Both the position numbers and the translations under genes were made by a program. The notes beneath the pieces were generated by a model that saw nothing but the letters and a program-made list of their open reading frames with translations, was not told the DNA's origin and made no database searches. A stretch of DNA of 64,000 nucleotides. Source: a virus. Taxonomy: Duplodnaviria; Heunggongvirae; Uroviricota; Caudoviricetes. The DNA lies in IMG/VR virus record IMGVR_UViG_3300029746_000001; one strand, given 5' to 3'. Shown in pieces: positions 1 through 8,894 of the stretch; position 1 is the first letter of the stretch; each line of letters begins with the position of its first letter.

Positions 1-425
1 CTGGTAGACACGACAGGAGTCTTATCAAAACCATAGCTTCCATCCCCTATTAGAATGCCAACAAGGTATGGATCGAACATTTTTTTATCTCCCCATATAT
101 CCACACCATCTGATACACATATTTTACGTCCAACCCTAAGAGAATCAGCCCTTCTGAAATCAGATCCAAAATACCTAAATTCACCACTTCTTTTACTTAT
201 AACAGTTAAAATAGGGTGATCCCCGCTGCATTCAAGCACCCTTCCTCTTTTTGTTGTTATTCTATAACACTCTTTCTCGGCAGGAGGTTTCATCCATGTT
301 ATGTCTTGACTTACAGCTTTTGATGATACATTATCGAATCCTACTATTCCATCATCTTGCTTCAAATCTTCTATTCTGCATGGCTCACCATTTGATTTAT
401 ATACTATGGTTCCAGCACAACAACA
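1..425 (-). mobile_element. Intein 2, N-terminal part (continues beyond the window)
   Basis: After the Walker-B extein the frame reads CAGTIVYKSNGEP (block A-like), ECSGDHPILTV (block B TxxH) and LVGILIGDGSYG (LAGLIDADG-like). The exact start, between 417 and 434, is uncertain. Confidence 0.4.
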
Positions 426-1898
426 TCCAGAACATATCATCATCCCCCTCATTCTACCGTGCATCATATGGGCAGGACGACCTTGTAAGTATGCTGCTAA
501 AAATGGAAATTTACCTACCTCATCATAAATAGATGTATATGGTGTTCCAGATGCGGTCTTAAGAGAGGCACCGGCTTTACCGCTATCAATATTGGTAATA
601 CGAATACGAGCGTGAACGTCACGAATATTGTTCACCGTCTTAGTACCCATAATAACCTCTTTAAACCAATCATTACCTGTTCTATTTATTCTTAGATAAG
701 GATGTATATTATCAAGACCAAACTCAAGATACTCACCAAGACTCATAAGGTCCTCCTTGCTTGACCCAATAACATTATGCGTCAAATTGTATGTCATTGT
801 AGCATTACGAGCCAAAAACGAGCTCATTATGGCCGTATTATGAGTAACGATGTAATTGGTGGTCAAAAATAAATGAGAGTCATTATCAACGGTTATACAA
901 GTGGCATGCTCCTTTCCGTATATCGATATGGATCTTATTTTTAATTCCTTACGATTCCTTGATAGTATAAGTTTGTTCCCCTCCAATTTAGCATACCAAC
1001 CGGAAGCCCAAAACATACGTTGTACAAAATTTATGACATCCATGTCAATATGAGACAACGTAAGCTCTTCTTCTCCGGTTACTACGTTTCTGAAAGAACG
1101 AATGAAGTTTTCTATAAAATCTTTCTTTTGATCTATGGACGATCTTAAAAACTTCTTACAAACGTATTTATCAAAAAACATATCCCCACTATAGCCACCA
1201 AGATAAGCCGCCAGCATCGAGGCGTAGGCCGACGGCGGAACCGGCAGCTTTGCCGTAGGGTAGTTCAGGGCCTCACCTACTGGAATAGACATACTCTTAT
1301 AATCTAATCCAGCTATGGATCTAAGACTCCTAACATGCCATTTTCCGCCATGATTGACACGCCATTGGTGATTTCCGCAACAAATAACGTTACGACCGTC
1401 TTCGAATACGACTCTGTAGGTGGTTACTTTTCCTTGAGGATAGACACCTACGACTTCTACTAAATTCCCTTTATCGTCATATATCTTATCCCCTACAACG
1501 ATATTTCCTATCATCTTTTCCCGGTCCTCAAGATAAAGTATCTCAGAGTCAAGAAGGGCTTTTCCAAAACGACGGCACCCGAACATGAATATTCCTTTAT
1601 TCTCTTCTTCCGCCTGCTTTAGAAATTCGGCAAACATCCATTCATTATCACGAAGCTGAGAATTTCCAGGAATACGATCATCTCCTACGTCAATCATCAT
1701 CTTCCAGAAATTGATATGCCAATATAGCCAAGGATGGATAAATACACCATTTATGGTAACACCGTTAAGGAGTTTCATAGCCTCATTCTCCCAGAATTGC
1801 TTGACATCATCGTCTTGCTCTTCATAAGAATAAAGGTCATTCCATAACGGAATATCGTTACCCATATTTATATAAAGTTCTTTACTATCAAAATTCAT
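1..1898 (-). CDS. terL: Large terminase subunit (TerL), N-terminal portion; ORF runs off the window start and is interrupted by two inteins
   Basis: Hand translation of the minus strand from ATG (1898..1896) finds no stop before the window edge. Extein 1 ends ...IFMFGCRRFGK, and the extein resuming at 836 starts with T, so the spliced product reads GCRRFGKT, a Walker A of the form GxRxxGKT. A later extein carries IYDEVGKF, which looks like a Walker B. Confidence 0.55.
   Translation of the reverse strand, partial: MNFDSKELYINMGNDIPLWNDLYSYEEQDDDVKQFWENEAMKLLNGVTINGVFIHPWLYWHINFWKMMIDVGDDRIPGNSQLRDNEWMFAEFLKQAEEENKGIFMFGCRRFGKALLDSEILYLEDREKMIGNIVVGDKIYDDKGNLVEVVGVYPQGKVTTYRVVFEDGRNVICCGNHQWRVNHGGKWHVRSLRSIAGLDYKSMSIPVGEALNYPTAKLPVPPSAYASMLAAYLGGYSGDMFFDKYVCKKFLRSSIDQKKDFIENFIRSFRNVVTGEEELTLSHIDMDVINFVQRMFWASGWYAKLEGNKLILSRNRKELKIRSISIYGKEHATCITVDNDSHLFLTTNYIVTHNTAIMSSFLARNATMTYNLTHNVIGSSKEDLMSLGEYLEFGLDNIHPYLRINRTGNDWFKEVIMGTKTVNNIRDVHARIRITNIDSGKAGASLKTASGTPYTSIYDEVGKFPFLAAYLQGRPAHMMHGRMRGMMICSGCCCAGTIVYKSNGEPCRIEDLKQDDGIVGFDNVSSKAVSQDITWMKPPAEKECYRITTKRGRVLECSGDHPILTVISKRSGEFRYFGSDFRRADSLRVGRKICVSDGVDIWGDKKMFDPYLVGILIGDGSYGFDKTPVVST
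837..1559 (-). mobile_element. Intein 1 (241 aa) with a LAGLIDADG-type homing-endonuclease core, inserted between the K and T of the TerL P-loop
   Basis: A Hint-like N-terminus (ALLDSEILYLEDREKMIGNIVVGDKIY...RVVFEDGRNVICCGNHQW), a LAGLIDADG-like stretch MLAAYLGGYSGDM, and a C-terminal ...NYIVTHN followed by the extein residue Thr. The first residue is Ala. Confidence 0.5.
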
Positions 1899-1905
1899 AA
1901 CAAAA

Positions 1906-2244
1906 CTACTTATCAAACTTGTTCTTAGCTTCATTCTTAACAAAAGACTGAATACCTGATACTGTTTGTCCTCCTTTTAGGCTTTTCTTGTTTTTGGCAG
2001 CCTCAAGCTGATTATAGACATCCATTATCCCACACATCTTAATATAAGATTCAGTCCATTGCATTAAGCTATCAGACAAGCTTTTTTGAAACCTAAATTC
2101 TTTCTCCCTCTTATCGGAATCTTCTATTTTATCCCAAGGGTTTTCAGATAGATAACGTTCTGCCTTATCTATCTGATCCCTTAGCACAAGAAGTTTCCGA
2201 TCTACGTAAGAGACATCATCTTTAGTCGGCTTTCTTACCTTCAT
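1906..2244 (-). CDS. Hypothetical protein, 112 aa, directly upstream of terL (small-terminase position)
   Basis: ORF track; same strand as terL and tightly packed; no motif recognised. Confidence 0.45.
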   Translation of the reverse strand: MKVRKPTKDDVSYVDRKLLVLRDQIDKAERYLSENPWDKIEDSDKREKEFRFQKSLSDSLMQWTESYIKMCGIMDVYNQLEAAKNKKSLKGGQTVSGIQSFVKNEAKNKFDK

Positions 2245-2764
2245 TATTCACTATTTTTAAAAAATACTCATACTGAGACTTAAGCATATTAAACCTGTCT
2301 TCAAGAGAAGATGGATCAACACGATACTTGCACATGTTTTTTATTCCTTCCTCAACAGATTCTTCCTTGAACATAACAGAATCAGTATTATTGTCAACGT
2401 ACATAATAAAATCTGATTCTCCGTCGTTTACTATCCTGTCAAGAACCTTCTTGCTGTCATCATCTATGTTAAGATCATGACCGGCATTAATAGATAACCT
2501 GTAAACTGCCTTTATAGAAGAAGATACTTTCAGCATCTCTTGTTGATACAAGTTGGTCATAAACGACTTTTCCTCCAAATCAATAAAGTCTTCTAACTCT
2601 ATGTTGTTTTCCTCATCCTTCTTCCTAATAATATCCTTAGTTATCTCTTCCATCTCCTCTCCCACCTTATCTTGCGCAGACAGTAGATGGTTGTAATAAG
2701 AAATAAGATGCTTTATATCTGAATCAAAATCAATCTTCTTCATTGTCAAAAACCTTTTTATCAT
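2222..2764 (-). CDS. Hypothetical acidic protein, 180 aa
   Basis: ORF track; co-directional operon. Confidence 0.45.
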   Translation of the reverse strand: MIKRFLTMKKIDFDSDIKHLISYYNHLLSAQDKVGEEMEEITKDIIRKKDEENNIELEDFIDLEEKSFMTNLYQQEMLKVSSSIKAVYRLSINAGHDLNIDDDSKKVLDRIVNDGESDFIMYVDNNTDSVMFKEESVEEGIKNMCKYRVDPSSLEDRFNMLKSQYEYFLKIVNNEGKKAD

Positions 2765-3011
2765 GAATAATAACGTCCATCAACTCCATTGATAAATTAT
2801 AATCAGCCACTTCAAAAAGCTCGCTGTCTGTCAACGTCCTTAAAAAAGAAACAGACAATCCTCTTTTCTTTGCAAAAGATCTAAGTACGGCATAGAGAAT
2901 GTCCCCGGCAGAATAATCAGGGAGATCGTCACAAGATGCCTGCAACATAGAAAATAAGGACTTCCTTTTATCCTCGCATTGTAAATGCCTTGCTTTACCA
3001 CATCCGCCCAT
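2730..3011 (-). CDS. Hypothetical protein, 93 aa
   Basis: ORF track; overlaps its neighbour by 35 nt. Confidence 0.35.
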   Translation of the reverse strand: MGGCGKARHLQCEDKRKSLFSMLQASCDDLPDYSAGDILYAVLRSFAKKRGLSVSFLRTLTDSELFEVADYNLSMELMDVIIHDKKVFDNEED

Positions 3012-3014
3012 AAC

Positions 3015-3752
3015 TTAACTTTTTTGAATTATAGTACCTTCAAAATTAAACGAAATTTTTTCCTCTTTTTTAGACCCATCTTTTTGATAGTGAACAGTCA
3101 TGTGCTTTACGAATCTTCCTATTCCAAATCCTGCTGTATGTATCTCTATATTGAACTTAAAGTGACGGGAGTCTATGATATTCAAATTAGATGACGTACA
3201 ACCACAAGATGTCTCTGATGCTGTTATCTTCATATCATGCTTCGACTCAAGAACAAATGAAAACCTTATACTGTTCCCTTTTTCTACCGGTTCGAAAATG
3301 ATTTCAAATGATTTACCGTCTTTAGAGAGGTCGATATTGTATTGCTTGTCATCTGTAGAAATAACATTAAATTCATCAGAATCCATTGTAATAAGTTCTA
3401 ACCTGTTCCATCTTGACTTCTCATCATAAAAATCAATAGAATACTGACGATCCATCCACGAAGGACGGGGAAGCCCCTCCCCAAGCGCACACTCCTCTGT
3501 CTTGCTCCAGGCCTTCTGCTTGATGAAGCACGTACATACCGAACAACGATTTTTACCTATTTTCTTGCTTACGTATAAAGAAAGAGGAAGCATAGAGTTA
3601 GGGACGTTCTTGGTATTGAATTTACATCCCTCACACTTTTCAAGACGTTCCTTGTACCAATCGGGATAATCTTCTTTTTTTCTTGGAAGTTTTTTTAATA
3701 TCGTACCCATAAAAGCATCGTATATAACTTCCGCTTGCAAAATTTTTTTCAT
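3015..3752 (-). CDS. Hypothetical protein, 245 aa, with N-terminal Cys clusters (CEGCKF, CSVCTCF)
   Basis: ORF track; the Cys pattern suggests zinc binding. Confidence 0.45.
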   Translation of the reverse strand: MKKILQAEVIYDAFMGTILKKLPRKKEDYPDWYKERLEKCEGCKFNTKNVPNSMLPLSLYVSKKIGKNRCSVCTCFIKQKAWSKTEECALGEGLPRPSWMDRQYSIDFYDEKSRWNRLELITMDSDEFNVISTDDKQYNIDLSKDGKSFEIIFEPVEKGNSIRFSFVLESKHDMKITASETSCGCTSSNLNIIDSRHFKFNIEIHTAGFGIGRFVKHMTVHYQKDGSKKEEKISFNFEGTIIQKS

Positions 3753-3755
3753 AAC

Positions 3756-4277
3756 TTATCTGTTAAATTCCTGTTCTTGAATATTTTGTATTTCACTAAA
3801 ACTATGACCCTTACGAGATTTAAAGATAGATAATTTGTTGTGTTTTATCAACATATCCCCACCTTTTATCTCACCTGAGTTATAAGCATCCTTTATCATC
3901 CTTATCTTAATATCAAGGCACTGAAGTTCTTTTTCCTGATACTTAGATAATTTTTCTACCTTGGATTTAAGACGCTCAAGATTGTGTTTGCGCCTCTCCA
4001 TCTCATGAAGATTACAAACCATATCACCCACATACGGGAACGATACAGACACGTTATCTGTGTACGTACATAAGTTATTGGCATAAGAAATACTGGCTCT
4101 GAAAACGTCACGTATTTGGTTTCGGTCGTAAACGCCCCCGGTCTTATCCATCACATCATCTATAATATGTGACTCAAATGATATAGGGAAATCATTCTTC
4201 GGCATCGGATTCAAAAGTTTTCTTTCTATAAAAGAAAGAAACCAACGCACATTGATCTCTTGAACCCTCCAATACAA
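3756..4277 (-). CDS. Hypothetical protein, 173 aa or shorter
   Basis: ORF track; overlaps the upstream ORF by 86 nt, so the true start may be the internal Met near 4205. Confidence 0.4.
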   Translation of the reverse strand: MYWRVQEINVRWFLSFIERKLLNPMPKNDFPISFESHIIDDVMDKTGGVYDRNQIRDVFRASISYANNLCTYTDNVSVSFPYVGDMVCNLHEMERRKHNLERLKSKVEKLSKYQEKELQCLDIKIRMIKDAYNSGEIKGGDMLIKHNKLSIFKSRKGHSFSEIQNIQEQEFNR

Positions 4278-4632
4278 AAAGACGGCGCATGTTCTCTATA
4301 TCCGGGCACAAACACCTTGTCCTGTAATTCCCTTCACTGTCAATCAAAATACCACGCTTCTTCATCTCCGTATCCAAAACCGATACATATTGAAGATCGG
4401 TACTGAAACAATGAGAAAACTTCTTCTTCGTCTCATACGAATATCCAAACACAAAATAATAGGCAAGAAGATTTAAGTGCCTCGCATCTATGACATTCTT
4501 CTCATTGCCGGAAGCCATTAGGTATCCGTTATAAAACAGAAGTATCTTCTTAGCCATATCTACCGTATTGGAATAAGGTACTAAAAGCCTATAAGCCCTA
4601 TTACTAACATCTTTATTATCACTTTCTTTCAT
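4192..4632 (-). CDS. Hypothetical protein; first gene of the minus-strand operon
   Basis: ORF track gives a TTG start at 4653. ATG at 4632 is more plausible because a minus-strand TAnnTTTG box lies at 4651-4658. Confidence 0.45.
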   Translation of the reverse strand: MKESDNKDVSNRAYRLLVPYSNTVDMAKKILLFYNGYLMASGNEKNVIDARHLNLLAYYFVFGYSYETKKKFSHCFSTDLQYVSVLDTEMKKRGILIDSEGNYRTRCLCPDIENMRRLFVLEGSRDQCALVSFFYRKKTFESDAEE

Positions 4633-4650
4633 GAGATTATCGTTTTGATA

Positions 4651-4658
4651 CAAAGATA
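4651..4658 (-). promoter_or_regulatory. Bacteroidetes-type -7 box (TAtcTTTG) for the minus-strand operon
   Basis: Plus-strand caaagata is the reverse complement of tatctttg, positioned in front of the 4632 start. Confidence 0.35.
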
Positions 4659-4722
4659 AGGATTAAGGATTCATAAATTTAAAATTAACGTATTTTATGA
4701 CAATAGATTCAGGGTTTGTCCC

Positions 4723-4730
4723 TATATTTG
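4723..4730 (+). promoter_or_regulatory. -7 box TAtaTTTG
   Basis: Matches TAnnTTTG in the divergent intergenic region. Confidence 0.35.
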
Positions 4731-4786
4731 CACTGTGACATTAAAAAAATAAGTTCTTGTTGTTTGATTTCTTGAATTTTATTTCT

Positions 4787-4794
4787 ACATTTGT
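4787..4794 (+). promoter_or_regulatory. -7 box TAcaTTTG
   Basis: Matches TAnnTTTG about 180 nt upstream of CDS 4976. Confidence 0.35.
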
Positions 4795-4799
4795 AGCAT

Positions 4800-4966
4800 G
4801 TTGCTGATGCAGAAATAAGATAAAATAAAAAAACAAGAATATAAAATATTAAGTGTCTTGTTTTTTGTTGATTCTTGTTCAATCATCTGCAACGTGGTTT
4901 TGGAGATTATCCTCAAAAAGACACAAATCGGATGGATATCCCCAAAAATCCATCCGATTTTTTTTG
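4800..4966 (+). ncRNA. Putative ~165 nt leader or small RNA, bounded by a promoter and an intrinsic terminator
   Basis: The promoter box at 4787 is followed by a 12 bp hairpin (aaatcggatgga/tccatccgattt, 4925-4960) and then TTTTTT. Confidence 0.3.
4925..4966 (+). terminator. Rho-independent terminator or attenuator hairpin
   Basis: Perfect 12 bp stem with a 12 nt loop, followed by a T6 tract. Confidence 0.5.
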
Positions 4967-4975
4967 TTACAGATT

Positions 4976-6544
4976 ATGACGCTACAATTAGGTAGAAATA
5001 TTAACATAAGTCTTAGACTTTTGGAACAGTGGTCAGATGATTCGCTGTTCATGGAATTGTATGCTTTATACTGTATGATAAAAATCTCCCGCCGGGATTC
5101 GAGAATAAGATTCAAAAACAAGAAAGATCTTCTTCATAAACTTGGAATCGGGTATTCGAAGTTCAAGAACATGACAGGACATCCGATGTTTGACGAACTG
5201 TTCCGTATGACGAATAGTACGTTCGTTGCAAGAAGATATCGTGTTAATGGCGTACAACTTACTCTTGGGTGCGGGAAAGTGAATATTCCAAAGAATAGGA
5301 TTTTAATTAAGATAAAGAAAAATGAAATAACAAACCATGAAAAAGTCCTTGACAGGATAAGAGAGGCGATGTTTGTTAATTTAGTCAGAAACAATGAGTC
5401 TGTACTGAACAGTGGAGAGACAAACTCTCAGGCGGAAGTCGTAGACGGAAGCCACTCGTATTATGGATTAATTGATTCGACGATAAGTAATAAAACAATT
5501 GCCTTGTACTTGAATGTAGGACTAACAAAAGCGAAAGAGATTGTCGGTATGGCGATACAAGACAAGCTCGTAAAAAGGTTCGAAAACATACAATTTATAA
5601 CATACGTAGATAATCCTCGTGCTTACATTGAAGCAAACGAACATAACTACCCAATAGGTAAGCTGATTCCGGTATATAGGCACGGAGCCGTTTTCTGGCA
5701 AATAGCAAATACTTGGACCTTGTATAAAAAAGGAGCAACAAACAGATGGTATTTTGGAGAGAAGGATATAGAGAAAGGAGAAAAAGAAAAAGTGAGTAAG
5801 AAAGACGATTTCAATTTCTTCTTAAAAGACAATACTCATATCCTACGTTTCCTAAACGCAGAGGAAGTTGTTTCCGAAGATGGCGAAATCCTTGGCATAG
5901 ATCGTAAAAAGACAAAAGAAGAAGAAGCAAGGTCATTGGCTTCTGTTATGGCTAAAGAAGCGCACAAAGACTTCTGGGACGGATATGAGCGAAGTACACA
6001 AAACAAGATTATAAGAAAGTACTATCGCGCTATCATAGCAGAAGATAAGAAGCGAAGAATGGACATGTTCTTAAACCGTCTTAAACAATCATACGACAAG
6101 GTTAGTGGATGGAGCAAGGAGAAAGTAGCCACGGTAAAGGCAGGCATGGCTGATGCGGAAGCCTGCTGTGCTGAGGTGGGGACGTCCGTTGCCGGGGTCT
6201 GTGGTAGGGTAAGTAGGAGAATGAAATCCTATAACAATACCGCTCCTGACAAAAAGGCAGGTTTTAATGAGGTACGGGATATGTATGCTGAGTTCGCCGG
6301 CGAGATGGCTAAAGCGGTTGGTTCGGTAAGCGAAGACATCTATACGTATGTTAAGGCGGAACAGTTTAAAGAAAAGATAGAGAATATGGATATATCAATA
6401 CAGTCATTACCTAATATTAGTACAACAGTAGGTAATGATAAAGAATTAGATGGTGAATCTGTATTCAAGGATATACCATTTGAAGAACTATCATTCTATA
6501 ATGATACCTATCTTTATCCTTCATCTCAGTATTCATCATTATAA
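4976..6544 (+). CDS. Hypothetical protein, about 522 aa
   Basis: The long ORF of the track (4853..6544) spans the terminator hairpin, so ATG 4976 is the more plausible start; no motif recognised. Confidence 0.5.
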   Translation: MTLQLGRNINISLRLLEQWSDDSLFMELYALYCMIKISRRDSRIRFKNKKDLLHKLGIGYSKFKNMTGHPMFDELFRMTNSTFVARRYRVNGVQLTLGCGKVNIPKNRILIKIKKNEITNHEKVLDRIREAMFVNLVRNNESVLNSGETNSQAEVVDGSHSYYGLIDSTISNKTIALYLNVGLTKAKEIVGMAIQDKLVKRFENIQFITYVDNPRAYIEANEHNYPIGKLIPVYRHGAVFWQIANTWTLYKKGATNRWYFGEKDIEKGEKEKVSKKDDFNFFLKDNTHILRFLNAEEVVSEDGEILGIDRKKTKEEEARSLASVMAKEAHKDFWDGYERSTQNKIIRKYYRAIIAEDKKRRMDMFLNRLKQSYDKVSGWSKEKVATVKAGMADAEACCAEVGTSVAGVCGRVSRRMKSYNNTAPDKKAGFNEVRDMYAEFAGEMAKAVGSVSEDIYTYVKAEQFKEKIENMDISIQSLPNISTTVGNDKELDGESVFKDIPFEELSFYNDTYLYPSSQYSSL

Positions 6545-6762
6545 TGTTTGGTACTTGAGAGAGGGTCTGTTCTTAGTAGTCGCCAACAGAGCCGAAAAAC
6601 GATAATCTCGTAGAACATCAACGGAAACACCCGTTAGCCACTACTATGCCATTACTGCACCCATACTAAACCACATTACTGTCTGTCACAACTTATCCAA
6701 CTTATTATTTCTTTTTAATCCTAATTAATTCATTTTATATTTTATGTTTTATTTTATTTTCA

Positions 6763-6770
6763 TACTTTTG
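6763..6770 (+). promoter_or_regulatory. -7 box TActTTTG upstream of the helicase gene
   Basis: Matches TAnnTTTG. Confidence 0.3.
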
Positions 6771-6796
6771 TTTTGTAGAACAAAATCAGAAAAAAG

Positions 6797-8224
6797 ATGG
6801 CTATAAGTTACGACAAAAAAATCATGGAGTGCGTTCTTCGTTCAGTTATGTCCGAAGGTAATGTCGCCCAGGGAAAGGCTATTAAGTCTATTTGTAAGTC
6901 ACCAAAACCGCTGTTTATAACCGGTAAAGGAGGAAGTGGAAAAACAACGTTCCTTAAGCGTATTATACCGGCATTAAAAAATGCGGTTGTTGTAGCTCCT
7001 ACAGGTGTTGCTGCTGTTAATGCAGGTGGTCAAACCATTCATTCATTTTTTAGAATAGGAATGCAGCCGTATATACCTGAAATACGAAAAGGTGCGTTTA
7101 TGGATAACTGCGAATATAAATTCAACGGAGGTTCGGAGAAGATTTTACAGAATATAAAGTATCTTATCATAGACGAGATTTCTATGGTTCGACCTGATCT
7201 TCTTGACAACGTAGCTGATATACTTCGTCATGCAAGAGGAGACAAGGACCCGTTTGGCGGAGTGAAACTTATTATGGTAGGCGACCTGTTTCAGCTTCCT
7301 CCTGTGATTAAAGAGGATTTTTTTAGAGAAATATACGATACATCTTATTTTTTTAGTTCGAAGTCTCTTATGGCTTCTGGTATGGAAATGGTGTCTTTTG
7401 AAAAAATATATCGCCAGAAAGATGAGAAGTTTATTAGTGTCCTTAATAAGGTGCGTGAAGGGCAGATGGATGATGATGTATTTGATACAATAAACAGCAG
7501 ATGTATTCAGTCTGATAATAATCAAGGATATGTTGAGATTGTAACTACCAACTCAAAAGCTACGGCTATTAACGAAATGAGAATATCATCGTTACCAGGC
7601 TCTTTAAGAAAATTAGAAGCTGTTATAAACGGTGATTATCCTAAAGATGCTCCGGTTGAAAAAACTCTTTTCTTGAAAGAAGGATCAAGAGTTATGATAA
7701 CAAGAAACGGAGGAGAGTACTTCAATGGCTCTCTTGGTACTGTATTATCTATAAAAAAGGGGGAGATTGAAGTAGTCCTTGATAAACCGAAAGATGATGA
7801 GCATACTAAGGTTGTTATAACACCATGTTCATTTGAGAAAGTAAAATACGTAAGAAACGGATATAAGATAGAATCTGAAGTAGTAGGAGCTATTATTCAG
7901 TATCCTATAAAAATAGGTTATTCTATCACGATCCATAAAGCCCAAGGTCTGACATTGGATGCGGCTATGATGGACGTATCTAATTCTTTTGAAACAGGAC
8001 AGCTATATACGGCTCTTTCAAGAGTAAAGTCTCTTGATGGATTATATCTTCGTCAACCTATTCCTAAGACGGTAAAAACCAGCGATCAGGTGGTGATAAA
8101 CTTCTATAAAAGGACTCTTGGTAATGGAGGTATTGTGAAACCGGTTCCAATGGAAGAGCTTGAAAAGTCAATGATTAATTTGTCAACCGGATCTGAAATA
8201 GATTTTGCAGAGTTTAATTTATAA
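6797..8224 (+). CDS. PIF1/RecD-family DNA helicase
   Basis: P-loop [11 protein letters not shown], Walker B IIDEISMV, and the Pif1 signature GDLFQLPPV. Confidence 0.8.
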   Translation: MAISYDKKIMECVLRSVMSEGNVAQGKAIKSICKSPKPLFITGKGGSGKTTFLKRIIPALKNAVVVAPTGVAAVNAGGQTIHSFFRIGMQPYIPEIRKGAFMDNCEYKFNGGSEKILQNIKYLIIDEISMVRPDLLDNVADILRHARGDKDPFGGVKLIMVGDLFQLPPVIKEDFFREIYDTSYFFSSKSLMASGMEMVSFEKIYRQKDEKFISVLNKVREGQMDDDVFDTINSRCIQSDNNQGYVEIVTTNSKATAINEMRISSLPGSLRKLEAVINGDYPKDAPVEKTLFLKEGSRVMITRNGGEYFNGSLGTVLSIKKGEIEVVLDKPKDDEHTKVVITPCSFEKVKYVRNGYKIESEVVGAIIQYPIKIGYSITIHKAQGLTLDAAMMDVSNSFETGQLYTALSRVKSLDGLYLRQPIPKTVKTSDQVVINFYKRTLGNGGIVKPVPMEELEKSMINLSTGSEIDFAEFNL

Positions 8225-8235
8225 AAAATATAGTT

Positions 8236-8547
8236 ATGAAATTTGGAGAAGCTTTAGAAGAAGTAAAAAAAGGTGCGTTGATTGCACGTGCCGGATGGAA
8301 TGGTAAAGGTATGTTTGTATTCCAGCGCCCGGAAGATTGGTTGTCTACTGATATGATAGTTAATAAAGTAAAGTCATTGCCGGATTCGTTTTAAAAATAC
8401 GTAAACGATTATTATGACGTAACTGAAACCAACATGATTAAATTTTGCGCTTATCTGTGCATGAAAGATGCTAACGATAATATCGTAAACGGATGGTTAG
8501 CTTCGCAATCAGATATGTTGGCTGATGACTGGATGGTTGTTGGTTAA
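8236..8547 (+). pseudogene. DUF2829-like phage protein interrupted by an in-frame TAA (8392-8394)
   Basis: [29 protein letters not shown]...LPDSF, then TAA, then KYVNDYYDV...[19 protein letters not shown], all in one frame. Both halves match my memory of the DUF2829 N- and C-termini. Confidence 0.45.
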
Positions 8548-8618
8548 GATAACTTAGTTTATCACCGCTTTATTTTTTTTATAAATCAATCAATTATTCG
8601 ATTTTAAAAATTACAGTT

Positions 8619-8819
8619 ATGAAAACAAAAGAAGAAAAACAAAAGAAGTTTGTGACAGAATTTGAGATAAATGGAGAAAAGTATGGCGGATATATTTATG
8701 CTACAACTTTTTCCGAAGCTGAAGATTTTGTTAGACAAAGAAAAGCGACAGAAAAAGTTGTAGGTGGTCCGTGTTTAGAACAAGAAGAAATTAATCGTCT
8801 TTATAACCATTCCTCTTAG
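8619..8819 (+). CDS. Hypothetical protein, 66 aa
   Basis: ORF track. Confidence 0.4.
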   Translation: MKTKEEKQKKFVTEFEINGEKYGGYIYATTFSEAEDFVRQRKATEKVVGGPCLEQEEINRLYNHSS

Positions 8820-8894
8820 AATTTTTAATGATTCTTGTTTGTTGGCATAACCTTGAGATGGTGATACTATAGTATATAAGTACCTAATAAGAAT

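Noticed and set aside
251-532. Plus-strand ORF 251..532 (93 aa)
   Set aside because: It lies antisense within the terL/intein 2 coding region on the minus strand, with no promoter or RBS context. Likely spurious.
4853-4975. N-terminal 41 codons of track ORF 4853..6544
   Set aside because: This frame runs straight through a strong terminator hairpin with a T6 tract (4925-4966) and encodes a non-protein-like peptide. The start was moved to ATG 4976.
7145-7525. Minus-strand ORF within the PIF1 helicase gene, and many similar antisense or overlapping ORFs (for example 9060..9296, 10807..11127, 12115..12399, 31118..31531, 37921..38250, 42622..43140, 53391..53936)
   Set aside because: They are embedded antisense in well-supported genes, with low-complexity or hydrophobic junk composition and no independent signals.
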